Assembly (NCBI GenBank): GCA_039189765.1
Contig: JBCCYL010000012.1
Span: forward strand, 1 to 64,000
Direction of reading: 5' to 3'
DNA length: 64,000 bases
DNA from: Cyanobacteria bacterium P01_F01_bin.150
Lineage (GTDB): Bacteria; Cyanobacteriota; Cyanobacteriia; CAKZMO01
Both the position numbers and the translations under genes were made by a program. Of this stretch, positions 29,863 through 40,761 are shown piece by piece. The notes under the pieces are model-generated. The model worked only from the letters and a program-made list of their open reading frames with translations. It searched no databases and had not been told where the DNA came from. Numbering within the stretch: the first letter of the stretch is position 1; each line of letters begins with the position of its first letter.

Positions 29863-30630
29863 ATGAACATTATCCAAGTCAAAGAAATTGGCGGATCGCT
29901 AGTTGTAGATTCCCGGCTTATCGCTGCAAAGCTTGACATTAAACATAAGAACTTGATAGGGACGATAAATAAATACAAGAGCGAAGCTGAAGAAGAATTT
30001 GGGGTAATCGCGTTTGAAACGGAGAAACCCCTTAAAGGTACGCAGGGTGGGCGTCCCAGCGAGTGGGCATATTTAAGCGAAGACCAGTCTTTGTACTTTA
30101 TGACTTTGTCAAAAAATACGCCCAAAGTTCGCCGTTGTAAAAGAGAATTGGTTAAAGCATTTTCTGAAGCCAAAAAAATCATTCCTGCCCAACAGCACGA
30201 AATTGAAAAGCTAAAACTTGAACTTGAGTTGGCGAAAGCTCAGCAAGAAAACGCTATGGCTCAGCAAAAGTTGCTTGCCTCAGTGCAGTGCTTAGAGGCC
30301 ATTTCTCCAGGGCTGGCTCCATTGGCTCTTGGGAACCCAGATTCTGTGGTTGAAAGAGTTGAGATAGTGGAGCACCACGCAGCAGTAGACGGCAAAGGGA
30401 AAACTATTGCTGAGACAACGGGCACCAGTAAAACAGCGATCGCAAAATCTCTAGGGATGAAGAAGGCTAAGGATCTGACCACATGGTTGGAGTCTATTGA
30501 CAGACTAGACTTGCTTGACACAGGAATGCGCATCATTTCCTGTGAATACATTCCTCACGAAAGCATAAACGAAATTCGAAGCCTGTGGGCACTTCGTCAA
30601 GGCAACCGCCAGAAGCTGATAGGGGAGTAA
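29863..30630 (+). CDS. Rha-family phage regulator
   Basis: VDSRLIA..LDIKHKNL...GGRP...LSEDQ...NTPKV...LVKAF. Confidence 0.85.
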   Translation: MNIIQVKEIGGSLVVDSRLIAAKLDIKHKNLIGTINKYKSEAEEEFGVIAFETEKPLKGTQGGRPSEWAYLSEDQSLYFMTLSKNTPKVRRCKRELVKAFSEAKKIIPAQQHEIEKLKLELELAKAQQENAMAQQKLLASVQCLEAISPGLAPLALGNPDSVVERVEIVEHHAAVDGKGKTIAETTGTSKTAIAKSLGMKKAKDLTTWLESIDRLDLLDTGMRIISCEYIPHESINEIRSLWALRQGNRQKLIGE

Positions 30631-30634
30631 GCTA

Positions 30635-33281
30635 ATGCAAAATCAGACACCCAACACCCCTAAAGACAAGACATGGACAGTCCAGGAACGCGCTAAATCC
30701 CTCGGGTTTGAACCCAGCGAAGCTCAATTGGCGCAGATTGAAGTACTGGTAGCACAACTGTACAGAGAACGCCATGGTTTCGAGCCATTAACGCAAGAAG
30801 CAAGCAGCATGTCTGCAAAGGATGAAGTGCTTTACGCTTTTGCGGTGGAGCCAATTCAAGACAAAGAAACTCTTAAGCGCTATTTGCGAGACTACCCAGA
30901 ATATGGCAGCGATCTGATCGACCTCTCCTATGAGTTGCATCGCCCCGCGAATGAACCTACCACTGTTTCCGATGAACAGCAAAGAGTGGTAGAGGCGGCG
31001 ATCGCCATACTGGAAGTGAATGAACGGCCATTGGGTGAGGCCCGTAAGGCGCGACTCGATATCGTGCTCAAAGGGGAGGAAGAGGTGGCCCCAACCTTGT
31101 TAAGTCAGTACCTCAGATATCTAAACCAAAATCCTTGCGTAGAAGGATCTAGAGAGAAGTTTCACTGGAATGTTGGCTTTTGGGCTGGCGTTAGGGGTGA
31201 AAAAGCTGATGAGGCTAGATGTACTCCCGCTTATCTTGAAGGGTGGGGAGCTGGAAATAATGCGGCAATAGAGGAGCAGGCTAATGAAATATCGAATTCA
31301 AACCATACTAACCATAATTAGCGGGTATATTTGCGACGATAATCTTGATTATGCAAAGGATGCTATTGAATCAATAACTGGACATAAGTGCTATCCCGTT
31401 AGCTTGTCGAGGCTAAGCGAATATATAAGGCCAATTGTCTTTTCTGTTTATCCAGAGATGAGCAAGGCACGGAGTATGTTTGAAAATGGCAAGACATACA
31501 CAGAGGTCATCGCCCATTTTCAATCCTTGTATGGCGCAACAATTGAATTAGAATCGATACCTTCAGGGAAAATAACATCACTATCCCATACAGAAGAGCT
31601 TTTGTTCTTAGATCCTACTGCTGAGTCAAAAGTGGTTACTTTTGAGGTGAACAATGAAAGCTAACTTCTACACCCAACGGCTCCGCGCTGCGATCGCCTA
31701 CGGTCGCGACGAAAACTACGGCTGGCGAGCCTGGCTGTGGGTGCGTGATGCATGGCACTTGCTGCTGTTTTTGGTGGCGTGGAGGTTCCGAATGTTTGCC
31801 GACATCACTCAATCTTTCGAGGTCTCTGAGGTAATGCTGTCAGGTCCATGGTTTATCGATGAAGATGACAACGACACAGAGTTTTACTGCCATAAATGGA
31901 AGCCCTTAATCATAAAGTCGGTTGACTTAACAAATTGGGTTCCAGAAACTTTAATGTCTGATAAAGAGATTGCGGCGGCATATTTAGAGGGGGAGGGCTA
32001 CGAGGAATGACTAACACAACCTACCGCTACCTCCGATACTTTCGCCACACTGCAACACTGACGGCCCCTGCTGGATGGGTGACTGTGGCTGTGAAAGTGA
32101 GGGATCGTGGGAACGGCTATCAGGACGTCTTTGATGATGACGGTGGATTCTGGTGTTTCAGGAATGAGTTCCACGATGAGTATTTGGATGAGAAATGTCA
32201 GGCTGAATTAACAGCGGTGCCATCGGGTGAGCCGTATCAACATGAAATCCATAACTCTAAGCCAGCGGTAAAGATAACCTGGAGGCCAGCTATTCCTGGC
32301 TTTGGCGGACTTAACCGCATTGCACTAGAAGAGGATGGCTGGTTTCCACTGCGCATCGTGCAGGGCGAACGGCTCCCTAATGGCAAGATGGCTGTGAACT
32401 GGTGGCATGAAGGGGTACGGAAGACGCGGGTCTTGAAGGATGGGGAATATGAGGTTATTTGGGAGGGAAAAAGTCCTGATGGAAATCTACGCAGAAAAAC
32501 AGCCTCACAAGAACGATAGAGGAGAGGATTGGATAGCGTTTGCTTCCACAGACAAAGAAACTTGCTTGTGTTTGGCATGGGGCAAATCTAGATCTGGTGC
32601 TATTGGGCGACTAGTCCTGAGAAGAGCCGACTTGTTTGGGGTAAAAGCCATCACGGGAGACGAACCATAATGCAACGCTACCAACTAGGCAAAATACACT
32701 CAATCCCAACACTAGGTCAATTAAGATCTGAAAGGCTAAAAGCATTTTTGGTAACCTACGAAGATGGCGCAAGAATCGCATTTTCTTCAAAAGCTGAAGG
32801 TTCTGACCTATGGGAAGACTTTGACTACGTTGAATCCGTGAAGAGGGAGCATAGGTACGACGTTTACGCCAACTTAGGTTACGTCCCTGCTGAAATACTG
32901 CACAAAGATGGATGGACGCTGCCTTGTGATGAATGCTATTCCATGTTTGATGTCGAATGCTGGGATTATGAAGAAGATCGGTACGTCGGGCCTCCGGTTT
33001 ACGATGGTACAAGGTTCTGGTGTTGTCAGGAGTGTCACTTCGCATGGGAGAGTCGAGCAACGAAAAATAAAAAAGTTTCATCCCAAGTGAAAGCGTGTAT
33101 TCGGTCCATGTATCCAAGAGCTTACGAGATATCAATCTGGGGCGAAACTTGCAATTTTAAACTTCCTGGCATGGTAGGAAAGGTTGAGTGGCGATTTATC
33201 GAAGATCCTAGTCATGTCTACGTATTGCCTTGTGACATTGATCTGTTTAAGCGATTGTATCCACTTGACCGATCTGATTAG
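30635..33281 (+). other. Run of overlapping hypothetical phage genes (30635-31321, 31284-31664, 31654-32010, 32007-32519, 32440-32670, 32670-33281)
   Basis: Co-directional ORFs with overlapping starts and stops. Confidence 0.6.
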
Positions 33282-33289
33282 CTTTGCTA

Positions 33290-33322
33290 CCCGACCGCCT
33301 AATAGGGCTTGTGGCGGTCGGG
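33290..33322. terminator. GC-rich hairpin between convergent operons
   Basis: CCCGACCGCC...GGCGGTCGGG. Confidence 0.55.
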
Positions 33323-33829
33323 GGTGTCGAAAAGAGGGGTGCTGGGACAGGGGATATAGATTTGCCTTGAAAGACTTTGGTCAGGGATTGAACCTGTTAC
33401 ACCTGCTGCCAACTACCGTAATTATTTATAATGCAGGTAGGTTTACTCAAAGTCCTTCAACGCCACTGGTCGAGAGTGGTCAGCACCTCCCCACTAATCG
33501 CCAAATAAACGCCCAAGACAACTAATACAAAGTGCAGTATCCGTCGTAGATCACTGCACTTTTGTGCTTTCGTGAGTGACATTTTCTTCATCTTTATCCC
33601 TCTTAAAGAACCAACAAAAATGATGTTTCCACAATATTAAGCGGAACATGTTTTCATAGACTTCGATGCCAAATCCCCAGTTAGGCGAGCTGATCACAAC
33701 TCTGAATAGTGAGTTATGCCCAACTATTTTGTGGAGGATGATCTCAGGCTTAAGCTGCATGGTCATCCTCCACAGGAATGCATCGTCTATAGTTGCCAAA
33801 AATAGTTGATTCGCTTCTATCATTTTGTA

Positions 33830-33866
33830 CTTTCAATCCCTAGAAGAAATTAGAGTTTACTTCAAG
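33830..33866 (-). CRISPR. Single 37-bp CRISPR-repeat-like unit (cyanobacterial type) with an upstream leader-like sequence
   Basis: Minus strand CTTGAAGTAAACTCTAATTTCTTCTAGGGATTGAAAG; 3' ATTGAAAG handle, AATTTC/GGGATT stem; no second repeat seen. Confidence 0.55.
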
Positions 33867-35525
33867 ATCAGCAACCCAAAACTCTAGCTGCACATAGTTT
33901 CTAGTCTTCACTTGCGCGGATCGCCTTCCTTTTCTTTTGTTCTTCCCTCTTAGTTGCCCCGCAGGGCTGGATTCCCTTGTCAGTTCAAGGGGTTCCGCTT
34001 GCGCGGATTCCTGCTGCTCCGATCCCATTGCCAAAAGGCTAGAATCCTTCACAGGCTTAAGTTTCCCAGCGAAAGCCGGGTACCTTCTTTTAGAAGCTTT
34101 TTGCATATCCATCGTTCCGCGCATTCCCATTTTGTAACGCTGGGTTAGCTCAGAACGAATGACTACATTTTTAGCTGCATTGATATCTGCATTCTCGCTA
34201 TGCCCACATGCAGTACAAACAAATTCTGATTGCGACTTACGGCTGTTTGCATCGACAGTCCCGCACTTATTACAGGTTTGGCTATTGTAGTGCGATGGAG
34301 TTAACTTAAGCTCAGTGCCTAATGCTTTGGTTTTCGCCTGAAGCATTAACTTAAATTGACCCATCCCAACGTTCAGCAACGACTTATTAAGCCCTGTCTT
34401 TTGCTTAGCTTTATTCGACTCATACCCTTTCCCAACTTTACGCAGTTTAGGCTTAGGACGTTTAACCATGTTTTTGATAGCATTTTCTTCTAGCGCTATC
34501 GCCCCATATCTCTTGGTGATAATACTAGAAATCTCATGGTTGCGGAGCTTTCGTTGTTTGGCAATTCTCTCATGCAATAATTTGATCTTAGCCAATGTCT
34601 TACGGTAGTTTGAACTCCCTTTGATCTGCCAAGATAATTTACGCTGCAACCTTCTGAGACGCTTCTGAGAGTCTTGATAATAGCGAGGGAAATGATAAGT
34701 TCTCCTGTCACTACAAGCAACCCCAACGGCTACACCCGGATCAATGCCAACACACTGGTCGGGATGCTGTACTTTGGCCTCATCTTTTATCTTCCCGACT
34801 AGCATCAAGTAATAGCCAGAAGACTTTTTGAGAATACGATAACTTTTGATTTGCAGATCTTCAGGCCATCGCCCTTCTAAGCCTCTAACCTTTACTTTAC
34901 CTAGCTTTGGCAACTTGATGCATTGAGGGTCAATGAATTTAGCATTGCCCGACTGGGTATTATTAAGAGTTTTATTGCCGCCTCTGCGCTTGAATTTCGG
35001 TGATTTACGCTTCCCTTTTTTATATTCCTGCCAAGACGTTGCCAATAGCTTAATAGTGCCCTGGGTCAGCTTATATGGGCAAGCTTTGAACCATGGCTTA
35101 TCTGGATGCAACTTATGAGCAAACTTAGGAGTTAGTGAATACTCGCTATCCCTGTCAATCCTAGGCTTCACATAACCCTGAGGGCGAGGGCAATGCTGCC
35201 GGAACTTCCCAATTTTGCCGTGACCACTTTCACAGTATGGGATAGGCAAATAAGTAGTGCGAAGCTTATCGTTTACAGGCAAGCTCTCAATAATTGAGCG
35301 ATCACGCCATTCCGTCTCTTCATTTAACGGCACATAACGATATTCCCATGGCACAGGACAGCACGGCGCATAAGCTTTGTCATGCTTATTGTATGTTGCA
35401 AATTTCTCAAATTCTTTGAGCATAGCTAACCCAGAATTCCACACCCAGCGCTGCACATCCAGCCATTGATCAATACTTTGCTGTTGGACGGTATTCAGGT
35501 ATAACTTGCACTCGATTGTTTTCAC
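33840..35525 (-). CDS. tnpB: RNA-guided nuclease TnpB / type V-U2 (C2c8)-like
   Basis: N-terminal K.Y...Q...RWVWN; RuvC GIDPG, ALEE and NADINAAKN; CNKC/CTAC zinc finger; no tnpA nearby. Confidence 0.9.
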   Translation of the reverse strand: MKTIECKLYLNTVQQQSIDQWLDVQRWVWNSGLAMLKEFEKFATYNKHDKAYAPCCPVPWEYRYVPLNEETEWRDRSIIESLPVNDKLRTTYLPIPYCESGHGKIGKFRQHCPRPQGYVKPRIDRDSEYSLTPKFAHKLHPDKPWFKACPYKLTQGTIKLLATSWQEYKKGKRKSPKFKRRGGNKTLNNTQSGNAKFIDPQCIKLPKLGKVKVRGLEGRWPEDLQIKSYRILKKSSGYYLMLVGKIKDEAKVQHPDQCVGIDPGVAVGVACSDRRTYHFPRYYQDSQKRLRRLQRKLSWQIKGSSNYRKTLAKIKLLHERIAKQRKLRNHEISSIITKRYGAIALEENAIKNMVKRPKPKLRKVGKGYESNKAKQKTGLNKSLLNVGMGQFKLMLQAKTKALGTELKLTPSHYNSQTCNKCGTVDANSRKSQSEFVCTACGHSENADINAAKNVVIRSELTQRYKMGMRGTMDMQKASKRRYPAFAGKLKPVKDSSLLAMGSEQQESAQAEPLELTRESSPAGQLRGKNKRKGRRSAQVKTRNYVQLEFWVADLEVNSNFF

Positions 35526-35564
35526 AACGTAAAATCATTTTGTACACCCAGATGGTAGCACAAA

Positions 35565-35855
35565 ATGAAGCGCAATAGACGGTTGAACATTAGGCTGTCG
35601 GAAGATGAGTACCAAAAAATAAAAGCCTATGCTGATGAAAATGATAGGGCTGTATCCGATGTCGCCCGATCGTTTATTGCAGCACTCGATACAGATGGCG
35701 AGCTTAATAGAATGCTCAAGATATCGGAGGAGCAGACGCGAATGGTAATTGAACTTATGCGTATGGCTCAAGCCATAGGAGTAGAACCATCAGAATGGCT
35801 TAAGGCAGAGGCAGAGGCTAGAGGAATTGATCTGGATTTTCGGCAATGCAGCTAG
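35565..35855 (+). CDS. Ribbon-helix-helix (CopG/MobC-like) regulator divergent from tnpB
   Basis: RLNIRLSEDEYQKIKAYA...VSDVARSFI. Confidence 0.8.
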   Translation: MKRNRRLNIRLSEDEYQKIKAYADENDRAVSDVARSFIAALDTDGELNRMLKISEEQTRMVIELMRMAQAIGVEPSEWLKAEAEARGIDLDFRQCS

Positions 35856-36146
35856 GTACAGTAACTCCCAGGGGGGATGCATCACCCCCTCTCCTCCATC
35901 TTTTGCACTACACGAATACCTACAACACAATACCCCTGCCGAATTGCTACCGGATAATCCAACGATCCCATCACACAAGACACCCTGCACCATATCCAAC
36001 GCCCCAATGGGAAACCCGCAACGGCATACTCCACTAGTATTAGCTCATCATTCACCGCAAATAAGCGATCGCAACATGGCAAAAATGAAAGTTGCTGGTC
36101 CCAGATCGACTGAAAGAATTGGGCGTTGTAGAGAGGATGGTGTGAG

Positions 36147-36440
36147 TCACTTCAAATAATCATGCTGCCACTCAAATGTATCATCATCAATCTGTGGGTA
36201 AGGTGTTATGGGTGCCCAGTATTCGAGATCCACCTCTAAGCAAGTATTTCCAGCAAAATCAGCATAGGGGTCTTCCTCAAAAGTATATGCGTCTGCAAGA
36301 TAATCCCATCGGGCAACCCCAATGTGCCTTTGAATTCGCTGATTTCCTCCTACCTCGTAATACGTAAATTTTCTGGAGATCGCCAAAAACACCTCATCTT
36401 TTGGCGGTGGATTGTCGGTTAGTCTTTGCCAGTTATCCAT
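36147..36440 (-). CDS. DUF551-like phage protein
   Basis: W..LTDNPP...YWAPI..P. Confidence 0.5.
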   Translation of the reverse strand: MDNWQRLTDNPPPKDEVFLAISRKFTYYEVGGNQRIQRHIGVARWDYLADAYTFEEDPYADFAGNTCLEVDLEYWAPITPYPQIDDDTFEWQHDYLK

Positions 36441-36867
36441 ACTTACACCAATACCCCTCTATATCACTAAATATATCTTGCACTACATCCCAGTTCCCAC
36501 CCCCTAGACCGCAGCCCATGCCATAGGGAAGATGCACGATCATTTGTCTCTCTGCTAACTTCCCGGCGATCGACTTCAACGCCTCGTAATTTGTATGCCG
36601 TTGCCCACGGCCATACCATAACTGCCCAAACAGATTGAGTACAGTTAGGGTCTCAGAAACCCTAACTGGCTGCACCATACCCAACAACTGGGATGTATCG
36701 CCTACATCTGCTGCTTGCTGCCAAAGCTTTCGATATTCGCCATACACTACTGGCCATTTCTGCCGCATCTTCAGCGCCAGCCCCGTGCCCATGACGCCCT
36801 GGCAGTTTACTTGATGGCCTATGATGCCGTGGGTGACGGTGAGGATGTCTTTGTCTATTATCTGCAT
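36433..36867 (-). CDS. Macrodomain protein (ADP-ribose hydrolase)
   Basis: HQVNCQGVMGTGLA, NLFGQ, PYGMGCGLGGGNW. Confidence 0.9.
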   Translation of the reverse strand: MQIIDKDILTVTHGIIGHQVNCQGVMGTGLALKMRQKWPVVYGEYRKLWQQAADVGDTSQLLGMVQPVRVSETLTVLNLFGQLWYGRGQRHTNYEALKSIAGKLAERQMIVHLPYGMGCGLGGGNWDVVQDIFSDIEGYWCKYG

Positions 36868-37891
36868 CGGTCCTACCACTCAAAAGCGAATGTTAACTGA
36901 TAGTTCACCGGAATAGTCTCGGTCAAACGTTGCCTTAGTTCCTGCTCAAACTCTGGGTTTTCTGGTGCAGCCTCATCAATAAATACGAGAATAGATAGGC
37001 CATCTAAATTGCGGCCTACTATAACGTCTGCACATTTGAGATCGCCCCAGTTAATGGAACCGCTTAAATGTAGCTTTGCACACTTTACGTCTTCCCTGAT
37101 GGCATCAATCGCATCATTCACTGCCTGTTGTATCTTAGTGGGGGTTATGTCGGGTTGTTGAGCTGAGATGGTTTCCACTTGGGTCTTGGACCAAACTATA
37201 TCATCAGGATTATTCTCACACAGCCATCGGAACGACTCTCTAATAGCCGTGTTCGCTACTATCTCTTGCCATTCTCCGTAAGTACAACCATGATGTCCTC
37301 CGTTACTTGGATTGCTGAAAGTCCCAAGACTTTCAATTTTACAAGCCACATGAACGGCCATCTGGGGACAACTTACATTGGAGATTTTTCCACCTGTTAG
37401 CTGTTGGATGTATCGATTAACCATCAACGAATCTGAGTCTATTTGGCTATGCGTCATTAATCAAAATCCTTATCTACAACATCCTTTATAAATCCATTCT
37501 TTACAAACATCTCGGTAAAATCCACTTAACACAACGTCTACGCCAAAACTCTCTGACAGGTTGCAAGCGTGGGAGAAGGCTTTTCTTTTCGATGTAAAAT
37601 GACGGACACTAGAACAATGGTAATGAGGTTGGGCTTGCTCCATTGGCGAAGTTTTGGAATCCACCATAGATCGCCTTTAGGCTCAACCCAGAAAGTTGCT
37701 TTACGTCGCTTCACTGCTTAAACTCCTTGACTACAATGCCCTCTGGGTACGCAACCGCTGCACTCACTTCACCCACTGTATTTTCATGGCCACTGGGGCA
37801 GTAGATGATGTCGCCCTTATTGGGGATGCGGTCGGCAATAGTGAACCAGCGATCGCAGTGGTCACAGGAGAAGTGGCAGAGAAATTCGATA

Positions 37892-38533
37892 CTAACTTTC
37901 ATCTACTAATCCCGATATATCTAACTTGCTTCCAGTATTCGGATCAACCAACTGCCCCTGTAACCCCAGATCAAACAATGCCCGTGTTATTTTTACGTCA
38001 TTTAAGCAATAATCGATCACCTCTTGGCGCTTACCATCCTGCCAAAGCTTAGGAGCTAATTCACCGCTGCCCGTTTTTGGGAACCCGTTGGCTTCGCCAA
38101 TACGGCCTAGTGCGTAGCTATAGCCTTTAGGACAGTCTTGCCATTTAGGTGACCCATAGGCGGCGATGCGGATTAACTCCAGTAAATCGTAATCTGTCGT
38201 GATAGCTTGTCTATCAAACCCTGGATGTATAGTCTGATAGATGCGATTAGCATAAATCAACTTGTCATCAAACGCTTTTGAGTTAAAGCCCACCAACGAA
38301 TGAGAGCCATGATATAGAGTATCGATTGCCATCTCAATCATTTCTTGCCTTGGATCGTCGCAGTCAATCACAATCACGCCCTGGCTGCCATTACTATGCG
38401 CCCAGCCAATACAGGCAATCCCCATATTTGCGTGGTCGTGCCAGCCGTCACAATAGTCATAGTTAGGGTCGTTATCGACTCCCTTCTGTGGAATGCATTT
38501 GATTATCTCGCAGTCATAGACTAAGTAGTTCAT
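37892..38533 (-). CDS. DEDD / RNase H-like 3'-5' exonuclease
   Basis: YDCE, GFNSKAFD, YDLL, YCLNDV. Confidence 0.8.
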   Translation of the reverse strand: MNYLVYDCEIIKCIPQKGVDNDPNYDYCDGWHDHANMGIACIGWAHSNGSQGVIVIDCDDPRQEMIEMAIDTLYHGSHSLVGFNSKAFDDKLIYANRIYQTIHPGFDRQAITTDYDLLELIRIAAYGSPKWQDCPKGYSYALGRIGEANGFPKTGSGELAPKLWQDGKRQEVIDYCLNDVKITRALFDLGLQGQLVDPNTGSKLDISGLVDES

Positions 38534-40028
38534 TGCAGCAACGCCTCCAAGTCAGCCTTAATCACATCAATATTCCGCTTTATAAGCTCATCTCGGCCAA
38601 ACAACTGCTGAGCTATTTTGAACGCTGATATTCGCTTATCTCCATCATCCATAGCCATATATCGCCGCAATGTGTCCACGGATATGGGAGCAAAACTCGT
38701 CCATGCGCGATCACGTTGAACACAAATCGAACAGTACAAGCCCATATCTTTATCCGGCCTAATCGGTTGGCGATCTAAAGTAACAGGCCGCCCTGCAAAT
38801 TCAGTCAAATACTTGCATAAGTGACGAGCTGCATCGCGAATCTGCTTACGTTCCTTCTTTGTAAGGTTGGTGAGCGAACCTCGCTTAGCGTTCTCGATCC
38901 CAGACTGCTTCATCATCTGAACGGCGATCAGATATGCTTCCCAAAGAGGAGGATCGCCAAATCTGCCACCTACGGCATGAGGGCAATGCTCAGCATAATA
39001 TTTCGCTCTGTTATATGGATGACGTTCATTTTTGCAGCGGTCCACTATTCGCTTTGCTATCTCATGATTGGTTAGATTTTTCACTACTGCAAACTGCACT
39101 CCACATCGATTGAACAAAAGTGGTAATAGCTAACCATTGTTACAGTTGTCGCTGCTATCATCGCAATAATTAACACGCAAAGCGTAATGCTAGACCATTT
39201 GTCCATTTGTTTACTCCTTATTGCATATCCAATAAATAAGCGATCGCTTGTTATCTCTTCTTGGCTTAGACCCCCAATCAGCCTGGGGACTGAGGTATTT
39301 CCTTGCGCTTTAGCTTGTTGATCATCTTCTTTTCTCCCTCTCACTCTTCCAAATCCTATCCATCTCCGCTGCTGCCTCACAAATGCGCCTGAGCAGCGCA
39401 AGGCGATCGCTAAGTGTTGTCATGGGGTCAGCTTTTATGTTGCGCACGTACCCCTTAAACGTCTCGGTTCGTGGCTTCACCTGCACTGGGTCACAGCCCA
39501 TCTGCTCTAGCTCATATGCCATATCAATGGCATTGCGTTTATGGAGCTTAAGCGCCCACTCGAAATGCGAGTCTATTTCATTTGTCGTGCATCGCGGATC
39601 ATCGGCCCACAGCTCTGCATTCAGCAGTATGGACTCGGGCGTAATGGTGCTGCCGTCCTGCACGTTACGTTTTGGGTGTGGAGTCATTGTGCTATTCCTT
39701 TCCATTGTTAGCTTTACAGACACTACGCCATCTTCTTCTTTTACAGACTGAGCTACAAACTCAGTCCTCCACTTCACTATCGATTCAGCGCAATCTTGGA
39801 TTAGCAGTTGCTTGCGAAAAGTGGGAATGTGTCCAGGTTCATTCTGTGATGCTGTGCTGATGTGATATATCTCCGCAACTATGCCCATTGGACTTAGACA
39901 GCAGCTCACGTCTATCCAGGAATAATCAGAAGCAGACAACCGTTGCTTCAAAAATGCGCGTATCTCGTTCGCTATCTGGATAGATAGCGATGGCTGCTGC
40001 GTTGTTCTGCCGTACGATATTTCCTGCT

Positions 40029-40613
40029 TCATTGTGCGATCGCCCTCCATAGCCTGTAATTCCAGCGTGCGTCTTCTAGTGCGTTGTGCTGCCCCTCTCT
40101 AGACATAGATCGTGCATCAAACCCAATGCGATCGCACTCTTGCATCAGATCGTTGCAGCGCCTAGGGAGTCCTTTAGGTAAGTCAATTAATCGTCCAAAT
40201 AGCTGATAAAACACTACCCAGTCAGTAGCCGCATAGTATGCCCAGAACTCTGGCTTGGCTTCTGAATCTGGAAGCTCAAAATGCCATTGGCCAGGGATTA
40301 ATGTGGGCGCAACTGACTCCGAGGGAGTATCGATTACTATTTGTAGATTGAAAAATTCAGCTACTTTGCGCACTATGTCACGCTTGGACATCCACACATG
40401 AGGATCGACAGGGCGCATGCAGCCTTCTTTGCCTTGCTTCCTTACGCCTATAGGCATTAAAACGTTTTCCCATACCCATTCGTTCGCTAGCCAAAATTTA
40501 CAATCGTTGTTGCATAGGTAAAGTTCTCGACCATCCTCACAGACAATCCCAATACTTATCAGATCAATGGTTTTCCCATCCTCAATAAACTCAGTGTCCA
40601 AAAAATATCTCAT
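40029..40613 (-). CDS. 3'-5' exoribonuclease (Rv2179c-like)
   Basis: YFLDTEF..DG..IDLISIG, DWV, HNALEDARW. Confidence 0.85.
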   Translation of the reverse strand: MRYFLDTEFIEDGKTIDLISIGIVCEDGRELYLCNNDCKFWLANEWVWENVLMPIGVRKQGKEGCMRPVDPHVWMSKRDIVRKVAEFFNLQIVIDTPSESVAPTLIPGQWHFELPDSEAKPEFWAYYAATDWVVFYQLFGRLIDLPKGLPRRCNDLMQECDRIGFDARSMSREGQHNALEDARWNYRLWRAIAQ

Positions 40614-40761
40614 CGCCTCAAATCCTTTCTATATTTACGTTTCAGGCAAAGTGTCCATAATTAGGGGTTCGTTTACTTCATGCAGCCATGGCCGATGGGA
40701 CAAAACAATGGGTGGTCAGCACCAATTCATCCTCTAGCCCTAAGGGATGCGATCACTTTTT

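Noticed and set aside
33740..33829. A second CRISPR repeat or a true array after the single repeat
   Set aside because: No recognisable second copy at spacer distance, so it is reported only as a single unit
33840..35525. Complete IS200/IS605 or IS607 insertion sequence
   Set aside because: No tnpA and no clear terminal hairpins; the 3' end looks like a CRISPR leader and repeat instead
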